The notes below the pieces were generated by a model. That model was not told the origin of the DNA, made no database searches, and was given only the letters and a program-made list of their open reading frames with translations. 64,000 bases of DNA from Octopus bimaculoides (taxonomy: Eukaryota). Below, in pieces: positions 25,030 to 38,925 of this stretch. The stretch spans positions 8,103,518 through 8,167,517 of the forward strand of contig NC_068981.1 of NCBI RefSeq assembly GCF_001194135.2. The letters are read 5' to 3'. A program made the position numbers and the translations under genes. How positions within the stretch are numbered: position 1 is the first letter of the stretch; every line of letters begins with the position of its first letter.

Positions 25030-25345
25030 TGAATCGTCGGGCTCACAATCACGAGGTAGTGACTTCGATTCCCGGACTGCTCTGTGTGTTGTGTTCTTGA
25101 GCAAGACACTTTATTTCACATTGCTGCAGTTCACTCAGCTGTAGAAATGAGTTACAACGTCCCTGGTCTCAAGCTGTATCGTCCCCTTTGCCATATCTCT
25201 TGGATAACATCAGTGATGAGGAGAGAGGAGGCTGGTATGCATGGGTGACTGTTGGTCTTCCATAAACAACGTTGCCCAGACTTGTGCCTCGGAGGGTAAC
25301 TTTCTAGATAAAATCCCATAGTCATTCATGACCGAATGGGGTCTT
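25030..25345 (+). mobile_element. tRNA-type SINE sharing the family C head with a different 3' body
   Basis: B box acttcgattcccgg, then ttgagcaagacactttatttcac...cactcagctgtagaaatgag, then a distinct tail. Confidence 0.7.
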
Positions 25346-26345
25346 TATTTACTTACTTTACCGTATGTATGTATGTATGTATGTATGTATGTATGTGTGT
25401 ATGTATGTATGTATGTATGTATGTATGCATGTGTGTGTGTGTATGTATGTATGCATGTATGTATGTATGTATGTATGTATGCATGTGTGTGTGTGTATGT
25501 ATGTATGCATGTATGTATGTATGTATGCATGTTCTCTTGTATTTTTAATTATTTAATTTTCGTTCCTCTGAAGAAGGAGCAAGTGATTAACAAAGATACA
25601 TCTTTGGGATGTAAATAACGAAATCAATGTCACATTTTAAACTTGATAAATATCTTGCATATTTTTACTGTTCCCCTTACAAATTGTATTTGAAATATGC
25701 GAGTTAGTTGATTGACTTCTTTTTCTGAAAATCCAAGCTTATCCAGATTGTCACTTAAGGCATTTACTCACAAACTCAAGCGCACCAATTATTATTGGTC
25801 TAAATGTAAAACTTTAATCTGAATATAGAAGCTAGAGGTTTCGAAAGGTTGTCCACAGTTATCTTCTTTGCCTTTGATGTATCTAAGTATGTAATATTCA
25901 ACATTACAGACCTTAACCATAAGACAAATAGATTCTAGCGCATTCCCGATGGGGGTTTTAACTCAATGCCTACTGTAGTTTATTATCTTCGAATAAATTT
26001 GTGCAAAAAAAAACATTTCAGTCGTTTATCCATTAAATCAATATTTACTTGGCAATTTCTGTTCGGAATATTTTTGTCATGTTTCATTCATTAGTAATGA
26101 CACAATGGGAAAAAAACTGTCCAATACAATTGTCTTGGAATGTTAAATATCATAGGCTAAACAGTTAAACGATGGGTTGAACCTAATCTGTTGTAAACAA
26201 CATTGATTTGTAAATAACATTGATCTCAACAAAACAACACACGCATGAGAACACACATAAACTACACACAGATAGCTGCAGTGACACATTCGGATACTGA
26301 GAAGTAGCCAGGTATATATGCACACGCTCGCATGCCCACACATGC

Positions 26346-26409
<64 letters not shown>

Positions 26410-26441
26410 CCACGCTCACACACGCGCGCGCTCACATGAAC

Positions 26442-26592
26442 AGTGAAACATTCAGATAGAAAAACGCAGCTCGGAACATATACACACATGTACAGACACA
26501 GCCACACACACATACACATAGAGTGAGGCATCCAGATACAAAAAAAGGTAGCGAAGAATACATAGACACATGCACAGACACATCTACACACT

Positions 26593-26626
<34 letters not shown>

Positions 26627-26710
26627 CACACACACACACACACAGTGAGACATTCAGATAGAAAAAGGCAGAAAGGAATATATACATACATACACACACA
26701 AACACAGATA
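26442..26710. repeat. Three-unit degenerate minisatellite embedded in CA tracts
   Basis: agtga(aa/gg/ga)cat(t/c)cagata(g/c)aaaaa recurs at about 26442, 26522 and 26644. Confidence 0.7.
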
Positions 26711-27090
26711 TATATGTACGTGTATATATATATATATANNNNNNNNNNNNNNNNNNNNNNNNNNNNNNNNNNNNNNNNNNNNNNNNNNNNNNNNNNNNNN
26801 NNNNNNNNNNNNNNNNNNNNNNNNNNNNNNNNNNNNNNNNNNNNNNNNNNNNNNNNNNNNNNNNNNNNNNNNNNNNNNNNNNNNNNNNNNNNNNNNNNNN
26901 NNNNNNNNNNNNNNNNNNNNNNNNNNNNNNNNNNNNNNNNNNNNNNNNNNNNNNNNNNNNNNNNNNNNNNNNNNNNNNNNNNNNNNNNNNNNNNNNNNNN
27001 NNNNNNNNNNNNNNNNNNNNNNNNNNNNNNNNNNNNNNNNNNNNNNNNNNNNNNNNNNNNNNNNNNNNNNNNNNNNNNNNNNNNNNNNNN

Positions 27091-27128
<38 letters not shown>

Positions 27129-27938
27129 AGGCGACATCTTACATCAATAACAACAACCACAAAAACAAGACGTTTTCTCTTGGGTTGTAAACGGGTTATA
27201 AAATTACGATTTAAAATTTAAAACAATTATAAATTTATGAGAAAAAAACACATTTCCTGCTCATCAGATTAGAATGCATTGACATTTTGTGTAAAACATT
27301 GAAGTCTAACATGTGTAGATTGCACTTCGTTTCTGTTATTATTATTGTTATTGTTGTTGTTCTTGTTGCTTTTGTTGTTTCTGCTGTTGTTGTTGCTGGT
27401 GTTATTACTATTACCGTCGTTGTCGACGCTGTTGTTTTTCTTGCTCTTGTTCTTGCTGTTGTCACTCTAGTTGCAGCTGCAATTTCTGTTGTTGTCTTTG
27501 TCGTATTTGTTGTTGTTGTTGTTCAATCTCAGTTCCAACCTTTATATCGTCTAACATCGTCAAAAACACTTTCTTCTATTCATTCAAACAAAGTATTGAG
27601 CATTGTAGAATCAAATGTCTATTATTTTACAGATGATAAGCTTGAATATGCTTTGAGGGAGATTTACTGCTATTTCTACGAGTTCAGCATCACCTTAGAG
27701 GCCTATTTTTTTTCTTTTACTTCTGGCTATCGAGTTCCTGTGGTTAATTTTGTTTCTACTTGTCCATTGTATTCGGCTTAATTGCATAAACATTTTCTGG
27801 ATCNNNNNNNNNNNNNNNNNNNNNNNNNNNNNNNNNNNNNNNNNNNNNNNNNNNNNNNNNNNNNNNNNNNNNNNNNNNNNNNNNNNNNNNNNNNNNNNNN
27901 NNNNNNNNNNNNNNNNNNNNNNNNNNNNNNNNNNNNNN

Positions 27939-27972
<34 letters not shown>

Positions 27973-28581
27973 CGTAACTCATTATTCAGTTATATCTCAA
28001 GATATCTTGCCAATAAAGAGAGTCGGTTCCTAACTTAGGTTCAAGGTTCGTTCATTGAAATTTCACCAACATCAATAGGGTTTTTTTTACATGTATGTGT
28101 GTATATGTGCAGTATTTGGAGTCAGCGCATGTGCAGATTTGTATGTTTTGCTTTATGTATATATTCTTATGCATATAGTTGCATGTCTAGACATGCTCAT
28201 ATATATTTAAATGATAAACTACTAGAAAGTTTTATAAATCTTTACAGTTCCAGTGATGACTTATATCTGTAGTCTTCGAATCAGCTTTCTCCTTTCTAGT
28301 TTTGAGAAACCTAATTTCTCAAAATTGGGACTACTTTCTCGAGTGTCTTACATATCCTAGTGCCACCCGTCACCTAAATGGTTCTGGATATGCCCCTGTG
28401 TATTGCAAAACAACATAACATATTTTATGAAGCAAAAATACAAGTCTATGACACGATGTGAGGTGTTATTACGCTGTAGACACCAGAATAACTCATTCTT
28501 AAAACCTGGATCGATAAGTAAAACTTTACAGAGAATCGATGACGCAATGACAGGGAGAATAGCAGTGGGAACACACATTAT

Positions 28582-28617
<36 letters not shown>

Positions 28618-28627
28618 NNNNNNNNNN

Positions 28628-28670
<43 letters not shown>

Positions 28671-29864
28671 GACAGACAGACAGACAGAGAGAGAGAGGGA
28701 GGAAAGAATTAAATTAAACATTTCAGATAGTGAGCTTGATTTACAGAGAGCTCACCTCTTACTTTACAGTTTTCACCCCTGAATCTGTAAAGCATAAAAG
28801 AATTAAAATATTAAGTTGCAGTTAATTGAATTTCGTGTGTTTGGCGGAGGCACAGACAATTATTATGTCCTTTTGATTTGGGCAAGTGATTACGTCCCTT
28901 TACAATGTGAGTTTAGATCCTACGTTAGTCTACTTTTCTTTTCCTGCTTCCGAAGACGATGCCAAATACTGAGGTCAGACTAATAAAATTATGATGCCCT
29001 TGAAGAGGATGTGGTCACATGGCCGCAATTCTTCGAATTAATAAAATACATAAAAAGAATAAACGCTAAAATTATTTCTATTTTAATCTTAGTACATGAA
29101 TGAACTCCAGACAGCTTTCAAATCTTATTGTATCATGTGAAAAATTTTGAAAAGTATTATTTTGGCAATATTTTAAGACTTTTCTAAATATTTATAAACA
29201 CTTCTAATATTTGACAGTCACAAAAAGATATTGATAAGAATCGGAGATTTGACAATCACATAAAAGCTCACAGTTTTAGCTAAGATTAACAATTTATTGA
29301 TGATTTTTGCATAGATTAATGTAAATATGCCAACATTGCTTCGTCTGTTCCGTTGTGTGACTAAATATAGGATTATTGATTTACACTTGTGTGTACAGAT
29401 AATCTGTCATTGATACAGTCTTCTCTATATTTCACTCCCAACTGTTTAAATGAACAAATATACAAAATTTTCTCTTCTTATTTATATATTAGTCTGTTAC
29501 CCGTCTTATGATGTGCAATTATGTTTTTGCCACCATGGGTAATATTTGAAAATCTGGTACACATGTAATAATTATCAACTAACTTTAATCAAATTTAAAT
29601 TTTTTGGTGGTTATACAAAATGATAAAATGAAATTTCTATTTTCAAAAGAAAAATATTTATTACTCTGCCATTTATTTTCTTCTACTCTTCTTCCTTTCT
29701 TTGTTTCTGTGGTTCTTTGTATCTCACTGAAAGTGTAATGTTCTTTTACTCATTGTGTGTCACAAGAGCGAGTATCTGTGCTTATATTGTATCTATTATG
29801 TTTAAATTTCTCCGTATTTCTCGTTTACGCTCTCACTACTTTTCTCTTCATATGACGTAAAATG

Positions 29865-30156
29865 TAACTTGCAAAATCAACCAGTCGGCACGTGTACACT
29901 TAACGTAGTTCTCAGGGAGATTCAGCGTGACACGGAGTATGACAAGGCTGGCCCTTTGAATTACACGCACAACAGAAACAGGAAGAAAGAGTGAGAGAGA
30001 GTTGTGATGAAAGAGTACGGCACCCCCTGCCGGAGCCTCGTGGAGCTTTAGGTGTTTTTGCTCAATAAACACTCACAACGCCCGATATGGGAATCGAAAC
30101 CGCGATCCTAAGAGCGCGGATCCGCTGCCCTAATCACTGGGCCATTGCGCCTCCAC
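29865..30156 (-). mobile_element. tRNA-derived SINE, family C variant
   Basis: Head GTGGAGGCGCAATGGCCCAGTGATTAGG, B box GGTTTCGATTCCC, and the shared body acttaacgtagttctcagggagattcagcgtgacac. Confidence 0.8.
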
Positions 30157-30732
30157 ATATATACATATATTATATACTTGCATATATGCATATTCATATA
30201 TATATATATNNNNNNNNNNNNNNNNNNNNNNNNNNNNNNNNNNNNNNNNNNNNNNNNNNNNNNNNNNNNNNNNNNNNNNNNNNNNNNNNNNNNNNNNNNN
30301 NNNNNNNNNNNNNNNNNNNNNNNNNNNNNNNNNNNNNNNNNNNNNNNNNNNNNNNNNNNNNNNNNNNNNNNNNNNNNNNNNNNNNNNNNNNNNNNNNNNN
30401 NNNNNNNNNNNNNNNNNNNNNNNNNNNNNNNNNNNNNNNNNNNNNNNNNNNNNNNNNNNNNNNNNNNNNNNNNNNNNNNNNNNNNNNNNNNNNNNNNNNN
30501 NNNNNNNNNNNNNNNNNNNNNNNNNNNNNNNNNNNNNNNNNNNNNNNNNNNNNNNNNNNNNNNNNNNNNNNNNNNNNNNNNNNNNNNNNNNNNNNNNNNN
30601 NNNNNNNNNNNNNNNNNNNNNNNNNNNNNNNNNNNNNNNNNNNNNNNNNNNNNNNNNNNNNNNNNNNNNNNNNNNNNNNNNNNNNNNNNNNNNNNNNNNN
30701 NNNNNNNNNNNNNNNNNNNNNNNNNNNNNNNN

Positions 30733-30812
30733 GGGTCGATGTAATCGACTTAACCCCTTTGTCTGTCCTTGTTTGTCCCCTCTATGTTTAACCCCTTGTG
30801 GGCAATAAAGAA
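30733..30812 (+). mobile_element. SINE family B 3' tail
   Basis: Reads gggtcgatgtaatcgactta...ttgtttgtcccctct...ccccttgtgggcaataaagaaa. Confidence 0.8.
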
Positions 30813-30892
30813 AAAAAGATAGATAGATGGATGGATAGGTAGATAGACAGACAGACAGACAGAGATAGACAGACAGACAGAGAAAGACAGAC

Positions 30893-30928
<36 letters not shown>

Positions 30929-31379
30929 GCGTATATAGAATGTGTATATACATATATTATATACTTGCATATATGCATATTCATATATATATATATATGG
31001 CTGTATTTGTGACGGGGGTGTGAGTGCATGCATGCGTGCGTGTGCGATTGAAGCAGCCATCGTTGATGTATTTAGAATTTCGCTCTGTATGTGTAGTTTG
31101 TCTGTCAGCTTCGGTGACCGACATTACATTAATATCCAAACAACGACCGACGCAGCAACCATTTTTAGATTGCGATTATGTCTGCAAGTGCTAAGTGCAA
31201 AGTCTACTAATTCGCTCTATTTGTAAAAGATTTTAAGGGCGAAAAGCATTTTAAAAGAAAGTGTCAGGGCTACTTTTCTTAATGAAAAATAATGACCGTT
31301 AAATGGTGAAATGTGTTGAAATTCTATCAGACAACAAACCTACCCAGTAAGCAAACTGTCTTTCAAATAAATACGAAAA

Positions 31380-31411
31380 TAGTAATAATGATGATGATGA
31401 TGATGATGATG

Positions 31412-31478
<67 letters not shown>

Positions 31479-31530
31479 CAACAACAACAACAACAAAGAT
31501 GGCGTTGGTGATGATGATGATGATGAAATA
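31380..31530. repeat. Compound (ATG)(ATA)(ACA) microsatellite
   Basis: Direct reading. Confidence 0.95.
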
Positions 31531-31874
31531 AGACATTGTAGTGTCGGATAACAAACACTTTTATTGGATAAAATAGCAATTGTGTGCGTATATGTAAACG
31601 TCTTCTGGGGACAGATTTTTGACATGTTGAACATTTTCTTTGTCTTTTCTATCTTTTATTTATTGATTTTTCTTTTGCTTTTGTTCAATATATTTTCTTT
31701 TTCTGTTCACTCGTTTTTTTTGTTTTTTTTTGTTCTTTTTTCCCCCTTTATTTTTAAGTTTTTCAAGTCGGACTCGTTGTCTTGAATTGCTTTTGGAGTT
31801 TACTGGAAACAATTCTTCATAACAACAACAACAAAATTAATAATAACAATAATAATAATAATAATAACAATAAC

Positions 31875-31948
<74 letters not shown>

Positions 31949-33704
31949 ATGAATGAATGAATAAGCAGATAATAAATGAAATCTTTAGTTGAAGCACTTG
32001 GCAAAGCAGTATAGTAATCATAAAAATTTTATACTCGGTCGGCCATTAAGCAGCGAGAGATTCATTAACACACGCATGCGCACACACACGCACACACACA
32101 TGCACATGTACATACTCACACACACAACAACAAAATCTCACTCGTATAAAAATTCAACAACAATGCAAGAAATCTACTCGTATCATGTTCATATTTAACT
32201 TTTTCCATCACATAAAAATTACGTATATANNNNNNNNNNNNNNNNNNNNNNNNNNNNNNNNNNNNNNNNNNNNNNNNNNNNNNNNNNNNNNNNNNNNNNN
32301 NNNNNNNNNNNNNNNNNNNNNNNNNNNNNNNNNNNNNNNNNNNNNNNNNNNNNNNNNNNNNNNNNNNNNNNNNNNNNNNNNNNNNNNNNNNNNNNNNNNN
32401 NNNNNNNNNNNNNNNNNNNNNNNNNNNNNNNNNNNNNNNNNNNNNNNNNNNNNNNNNNNNNNNNNNNNNNNNNNNNNNNNNNNNNNNNNNNNNNNNNNNN
32501 NNNNNNNNNNNNNNNNNNNNNNNNNNNNNNNNNNNNNNNNNNNNNNNNNNNNNNNNNNNNNNNNNNNNNNNNNNNNNNNNNNNNNNNNNNNNNNNNNNNN
32601 NNNATATATATATATATATATATATACGAACGTAGATATGTTTACGTTTTTATTCATTTCAAGTTTATTGTTATCATATGCAAGTGAAACGGAAATGTTG
32701 TATGGATTGATATTATTATTGTTATTGTTGCTGTTGTTATTATTAATATTATTTATGCAGATGTATGTACACACACACAACAGATATATATATATATATA
32801 TGAATGTGTGTATATTAATCTATAAATACGTGCATACATAGAAACATACATACATATCTATATACAAACATACATGCACACACGTTCCTCGTATACACTC
32901 TGACACACATATATATAAGTATACAAACACACACATATTTATTGTATGTCTGTATATTATAGGAATATGCGTGAGTGTGTGACTGTAAACTAAACGTAGT
33001 TGATGATGCATTCTAATAAGAACTTACAATATTTCTTTGGTTATCTTTTGAAGACTTCGTTGCTGAATTTGTTTTGGTTGAAATCATAAGTCTTTGAAAC
33101 ATCTACTTTGTGAAGGTAGCTTGCATTGAATGAAATGTCAAGGATTCTTGCACGACAATGGCATGTCCTCGTTGGTAATGAAGCGATAAAGCATGAAGAA
33201 GATACCTGTGCTTGGAATCAAGAATATTGGTTGAATATTCTTGCTTGCAATATCAGAAGCGTACTACGTGAAATGAAACATGCCATTCGTGTCGTGTATA
33301 AACAGATAAACAGCACATTGGTTTTCTTCTAGAATTTGATACTTCTTGTTAATAAGACCATATTATCTAGCGGAGAAATTCTGCTACCGACCGCGACAGT
33401 GTTGGTTTACCCAAGGACCAAAGAAGAAGATAACGTTTCGAATCCTACTAAGGATGTTTTTTGATACTAAACAAAACGCATGTAACATTTAAGAACATTC
33501 TACTTCTAACACACACACACGTTTACATGCATATATATACATATATACATGTATATACATGTGTTTACATGTGTGCGTGTGCGTGCATATGTGTGTGTGC
33601 GCGTACGCGCGTACGTGCGTACGTACTGACAGACAATCCACGTGTTTGGCAACGAAAGAAGTAGACGCCAATATCGTTGAAGTGGACGACTATATTTTAT
33701 GCAG

Positions 33705-33916
33705 GATTCAAGTATGAAACCCGTAATAGACACACGACGCGACACCTCATGGACGGTGGCTTTAAAAAGAATAATATTATATCGTATGGTGCCGGAAAAT
33801 CCCGAGCATTGGATGTAATTGTTCCGGAAATCTCACAAGCGTTAGATCTTGAGCCTACAATGGACCGTGGACCGCACACCAGGGTATACTCCTGTGCGGT
33901 TTTACGTATGCGTTGA
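33705..33916 (+). other. Candidate coding exon of an unidentified gene
   Basis: Acceptor tattttatgcag|G. Open frame GFKYETRNRHTTRHLMDGGFKKNNIISYGAGKSRALDVIVPEISQALDLEPTMDRGPHTR, non-repetitive, higher GC, with the antisense frame also open. No recognised homology. Confidence 0.25.
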
Positions 33917-34098
33917 GTGTATTTGGTGTGTAGTTGTGGATGTATGCGTAACTGGAAGGAAGAAATCCATTTATACTTTAGTAAGTACGTGAATATCCGT
34001 ACACGCTGTTGATACACAGGTATGCTGTCTTCGACTCTACCTTGGTGTCTTTGTTATTAAAATACTTTGATTCTATTTGATCCGGAAAATAATTCTGC

Positions 34099-34177
<79 letters not shown>

Positions 34178-34182
34178 CAAAA

Positions 34183-34533
34183 ATTAGGAAATTGAATAGA
34201 TAAAATCCAGGCTCCATATGTTTCATATCTAGCGGAACTTCGGAAGTAGTAACTATCCAAACGAGGAGTAGACCTCAAGTTACTCTTCAAGCCAAGGATA
34301 CCTTGATTATATGAAGTTTTGTATTGCCGTTAGGAGATCCCGTGTTAACTCGCAAGGGATTCGATCAAAACCACGGGATCTCCTAACGACAATGTAAACT
34401 TCATATAATTAGATTGTCCTTGGCTTGATGAGTAGCTTGTGGTCTACCCCTCGCTTGGATAATTTACTGCTTTTGAGGTTCCACTAGCTATGAAACATAT
34501 GTAGCCTGGATTTTAACTACTCCATTCCCTAAT
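34183..34533. mobile_element. Fold-back element (~163-bp arms, ~25-nt loop) with HHR motif in each arm
   Basis: 34183-34345 is the reverse complement of 34371-34533 with scattered mismatches. Confidence 0.85.
34419..34509 (+). ncRNA. Type I hammerhead motif with extended stem II
   Basis: CUUGGC-UUGAUGA-GUAGCUUGUGG...CCACUAGCUAU-GAAA-CAUAUG-U-A-GCCUGG: stem II about 11 bp, stem III palindrome ACAUAUGU, GUA triplet and C3U. Confidence 0.7.
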
Positions 34534-35659
34534 ATATCCGCCATTACTGAGCTAGGTAAAGGAAAAGAATTAGATTCAAGACAAGATTCTTGACTAGACA
34601 GCCTTCCGATTAGATAGATAGCTTCTTGATTAGACAGACAGACACGCAGACAGACAGGATAGATAGGCTACAACGAACAAGGCATTCACTGGTACTGTTA
34701 AAAATTACCGAGTTATAAATACTTGGCGCAAGCAATTCAAACAGCATTAGATTTTAAACGTCATTAGTGTATCATTCTTAACGTGTGTACAACACTGAAA
34801 GGTACGATGCTGTTTTTTAGTTTGCTTTTGTTTCTTTTTTGATGAAAGAAAATCTCTTCATAGATATGTGTTAAGAACAATATATATATCGGAGCGAGAC
34901 GAACGTTGAAACCTGTGACGTTATACTTAACTCTACTTTCTATCAATGACAGAGTGATGTCAACTTATTTCTCTGCGGTAGGATATATGAAGCGATAGTA
35001 TCTTAATTTAGTCGCTGTATCTACATGACTTTGATTAAATATTTTATGAATAGTTTGTTGAGCCTCAGCTCTTAATGTTGATAGACGACTGATTATTATG
35101 ACCGATAGCCAGCTTGGTTGTGGTGTGGGCTGTAATGAAGTATTTAGTAGAATTGATACAAATGAAATCATCAAAAGCAGCGTCTTTAGCGGTTAAGTAA
35201 TGGAAGAGCAGACGATAAGCCTTGGGCCAGAGATAATGAATGTTAAGAAGCGAAAGTCCAACGATTAGTGGAAATTAGTCTAACAACTGACCGGAATATA
35301 TTAGTGATGGAATTTTCTTCTTCACAAATTACTATTGTGAAAGAGCGACTGTCAAACACGATTTGAAATATTGATTTCTTGTTAAAGTCTTCATAATTTC
35401 TATGATAAGATAAATGCGTGATGTCCATGCCTTTCTGATAAATGTAAAAGACAGAAGAGGGGCAGAAGAGGCGGAAGTGAATGAAACTGACTCCAAGCAG
35501 AAATAAAGATTTGCTTCGTTATGAGCTGGAATCAATTCATGCCAGTTGCTATTCACAGATAGCGATTTCCTAAAACACGCAAGGTACCACAGATCTATCA
35601 TAGAGAATGGATTGAGATTTTAGGACAGAATTAAGCTGGTCCCAATGGTATTGTGTCTT

Positions 35660-35871
35660 TTATCTTTTACTACTTTCAACCCCGGCACCACATTTATTTT
35701 CTAAGTCTGGTACTTATTCCTTCCATTCCTTTTGCCGAGCCGCTAAGTTACGAAGAAGTAAAAGAAACGAAACTGGTTTCAAGCAGTAGGTGGAGGACAA
35801 ACACAAAAACACACGCGTGCGCGCGCACACACACATTATATATACATAATTATGACTGGTTATATATATAA

Positions 35872-35927
<56 letters not shown>

Positions 35928-36085
35928 CGGTCTTCCACATAGTTTCCGTCAGCGAAATTCCCCGCCAAAGCATTGGTGGACTGGAGCTATAATAATAGAA
36001 GATATTTGCCCAAAGTGCCGTAGAGTGGGGCTGAACTTGAAACCAAGCTGTTGCAATGCAAGCTTCTTAACCATACCACCATGTC
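35660..36085 (-). mobile_element. SINE family A, diverged
   Basis: Contains cttttgccgagccgctaagttacg, a central TA tract and tttgcccaaagtgcc...ggctgaacttgaaacc. Confidence 0.7.
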
Positions 36086-36622
36086 TGTGTATATAGGGGA
36101 GAAAATTGCTAAAAACGGTGGCCGTTCTGAGTGGAGATGGCATCTTCGGAGGGGACAAAGAACCACAGCAATAAGCCCAGGTTAGGACATCCATGATTAC
36201 AAAAACAACTACTTTTGAAATTTGATAAATTTCAAAAGGTGAGAAAATGAGGAATTTATTTTCGTCTGGGTCAAGGTAAGCGCAGGTCATGGACTTTAAT
36301 TACCTGAATGATAATTAGTCTAGCTAACCAACTGGGTCGTGATGTAATTTCAACTAAGAAGAGTTTACAGTGAAACAATACCAAAATAAATCAAGACAAA
36401 CACATGGTGTTTCACAGTGACCCCTATCTTCATTGATATATTAGATTGACCCCTAACATAAAGGTATTCTGATAGCGGGAGAAGGGCGCTAGAATCGATT
36501 ATATAGACATATTCTCCTCTAGCATTTAATACTTTTATCTTTTTTTTGTTTGTTTTTTTTAACCTTGGATCACGGGGCAAATCACATAAAGCTGTAAATG
36601 ATATCATGTCAATAAGGGGTTG

Positions 36623-36684
36623 AAAACCCGTTTAAGATAAAAGTCGCAGGATAACCTTTAACTTTTTCTATCCAAAAGGGTTTT
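36623..36684. repeat. Short ~62-bp imperfect palindrome related to the outer arms of 670-952
   Basis: aaaacccgtttaagataaaagtcgcagg-ataa-cctttaactttttctatccaaaagggtttt. Shares ttttctatccaaaag with 932-946. Confidence 0.55.
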
Positions 36685-36695
36685 TATCACCAAAG

Positions 36696-36895
36696 TGAGC
36701 TGGCAGAAACGTTCACATGCCGAACAAAATGCTTAGCGACATTTCTACCAATTTTACATTCTGTGTTCAATTTCTGCCGTATTTCATTGTTTCGGTGGTC
36801 GATAAAATAAGTGCCAAGTGTTTACACTAGGGTCGATGTAACTGACTAGTTACGTCTCAAAAGTTCCAGGCTTAGAACCTATAGAAGAAAGTATT
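36696..36895 (+). mobile_element. SINE family B, diverged
   Basis: Contains gtgagctggcagaaacgtt...aaatgcttagcg...gtcgataaaataagt. Confidence 0.75.
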
Positions 36896-37293
36896 TTATT
36901 GACAAGTCTCAAGATTCAATGTTCAAAGAGAAAAGATTTATTTCGCGTTATCTCAGAATTTTATAACTTCTTATGATGCCAGTGACGGGTATTTATTTTA
37001 TCAACCCTAGAGCGAGAAAAGGCTTCGGTGATTCCGACAGGCTTTGAAGAGAGGATGATGAAGTGAGACAACTGTGATGATTCTACTAACCCCACCCGTG
37101 ATGTTGACTCAACGCTACACAGTTCTGCAGACGATGTATTCAATCGAAGCAACAAACATTTCTGCATAAATATTTATTTTATTAATTTCAGAAAAAAAAT
37201 AAAAGACGAAAACGTGGCTGTGTGGTAAGGTTACTTCTCAACCACATGGTTCTGAGTTCAGTCCCATNNNNNNNNNNGTGTATGTGTGTGTGT

Positions 37294-37348
<55 letters not shown>

Positions 37349-38279
37349 CCAATCTTTATCGCCAACTTAACGTGACTGTCATGTTAGAACACCGAATACT
37401 GCCATATTTACTCCGAGAGGACCTCTGATATGGATATCGTTGACAGTCGAGAATTGTCTTCTATTGGCGCTGGAACTACCAGATCATGTGATTGTGACAT
37501 GCTGCATATCTTCGGGGTCAGTTCCCCGCTCACCGCATACCAGCCAAATTTCACTGCTAACGATATATAAATTTATCGTGGCTTTTCTGTCACTGATGTC
37601 GCAGCATTATTGGTCATCGGAACAATGGTTTGGCCGGATCGTTAAAGTTCCAGACAAAATGCGTGATACTGTTTAGAAACAGCCATTTACGTTCTGTGTT
37701 CAAATCCTGTCCAGATCATTTTTATCTTCAATATACTCTGGGCCAAAGAAATAAAGTACCAGTGAAATATTCTGGTGGATTTCATCGACTTTTACATCCT
37801 AGAAAAGTTGTAGCTTTGTGCCAATTTTAGAAATCGATATTATTAGTCACTATTGATCTAATATGTTCCAGGTGTCACTGTTAGACAAGTAAAATTATTT
37901 CTACGTAAAAAACTGAGTTATTGATGATATCAAAATAAATATTTAACGCAAACATTCTTTGTTAATGTCTAATGAGAATGCTTTAAGAATTTCACTACAA
38001 AGGTTGATATGGACATTGGTAAATTTACTCAGTTACCGCTAGAGTTATGTAAATACACACACACACACACATACACGCATACATATATGTATGTGTGTAC
38101 ATCTATACGTATATATATGTGTACATACACACAAAGATATTTACACAAACTCATCTATGTAAACAAACACATGTATACATACACATGCACGCTAAAGTGC
38201 ACTAACATAATTATATAAAGATGCACACATATATACGTATACAAACATATGTATACATATATGTATGCATATGTAAATA

Positions 38280-38312
<33 letters not shown>

Positions 38313-38649
38313 GTGTGTGTGTGTGTGTATATGACAAAACTATAAAAATATTTACACAAATACATGCATACATATGCTTACTAAAATGCACAGTTATATT
38401 CATATGATGATGCACAGACACACACACAAACACACACACACACACATATATATACACACAATAACATACATCAAACGCATTCAGCTACACAGACCGAACG
38501 ACGTTCAATAACCAGTTGCTATTAAGAAAAGCTGGTCCAATTGCTGACATCTTGTAAATATTATCACAAGATAAATCAGTTCACTTTAGTAGACGGAAGA
38601 AAAGAATGAAATAACGAAGAAAGGAAGGAAGGAAACGACGAAAAGACAG

Positions 38650-38652
<3 letters not shown>

Positions 38653-38712
<60 letters not shown>
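38653..38712. repeat. (GAAA)n microsatellite
   Basis: Direct reading. Confidence 0.95.
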
Positions 38713-38879
38713 AGGAGTGATAATAAATTTCCAATTGTTTAGTTAATTATTTGATCGATTGTTTGATTACTTTGAAATATGTTTCAATTGATTAATGACT
38801 TCCGGTTTGTTATGGCGAAATCAGCAATAACTTGATTTCTTATTTAACATACAAACCGCCATTTTGTTAATGGAGTTTC

Positions 38880-38925
<46 letters not shown>

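Noticed and set aside
28253-28285. GTGATGA-CT...AGTC-TTCGAATCAG hammerhead-like layout in a repeat
   Set aside because: Multiple core positions are wrong and there is no stem III palindrome.
30158-30997. ~50-bp direct repeat flanking a gap plus SINE tail, resembling a very long TSD
   Set aside because: TA-rich low complexity next to a gap, so assembly duplication cannot be excluded.
33126-33460. ORF with ILARQWHVL (faint PLE resemblance) and a nearby GAAACGTT
   Set aside because: Match too short, and no upstream CUGANGA core.
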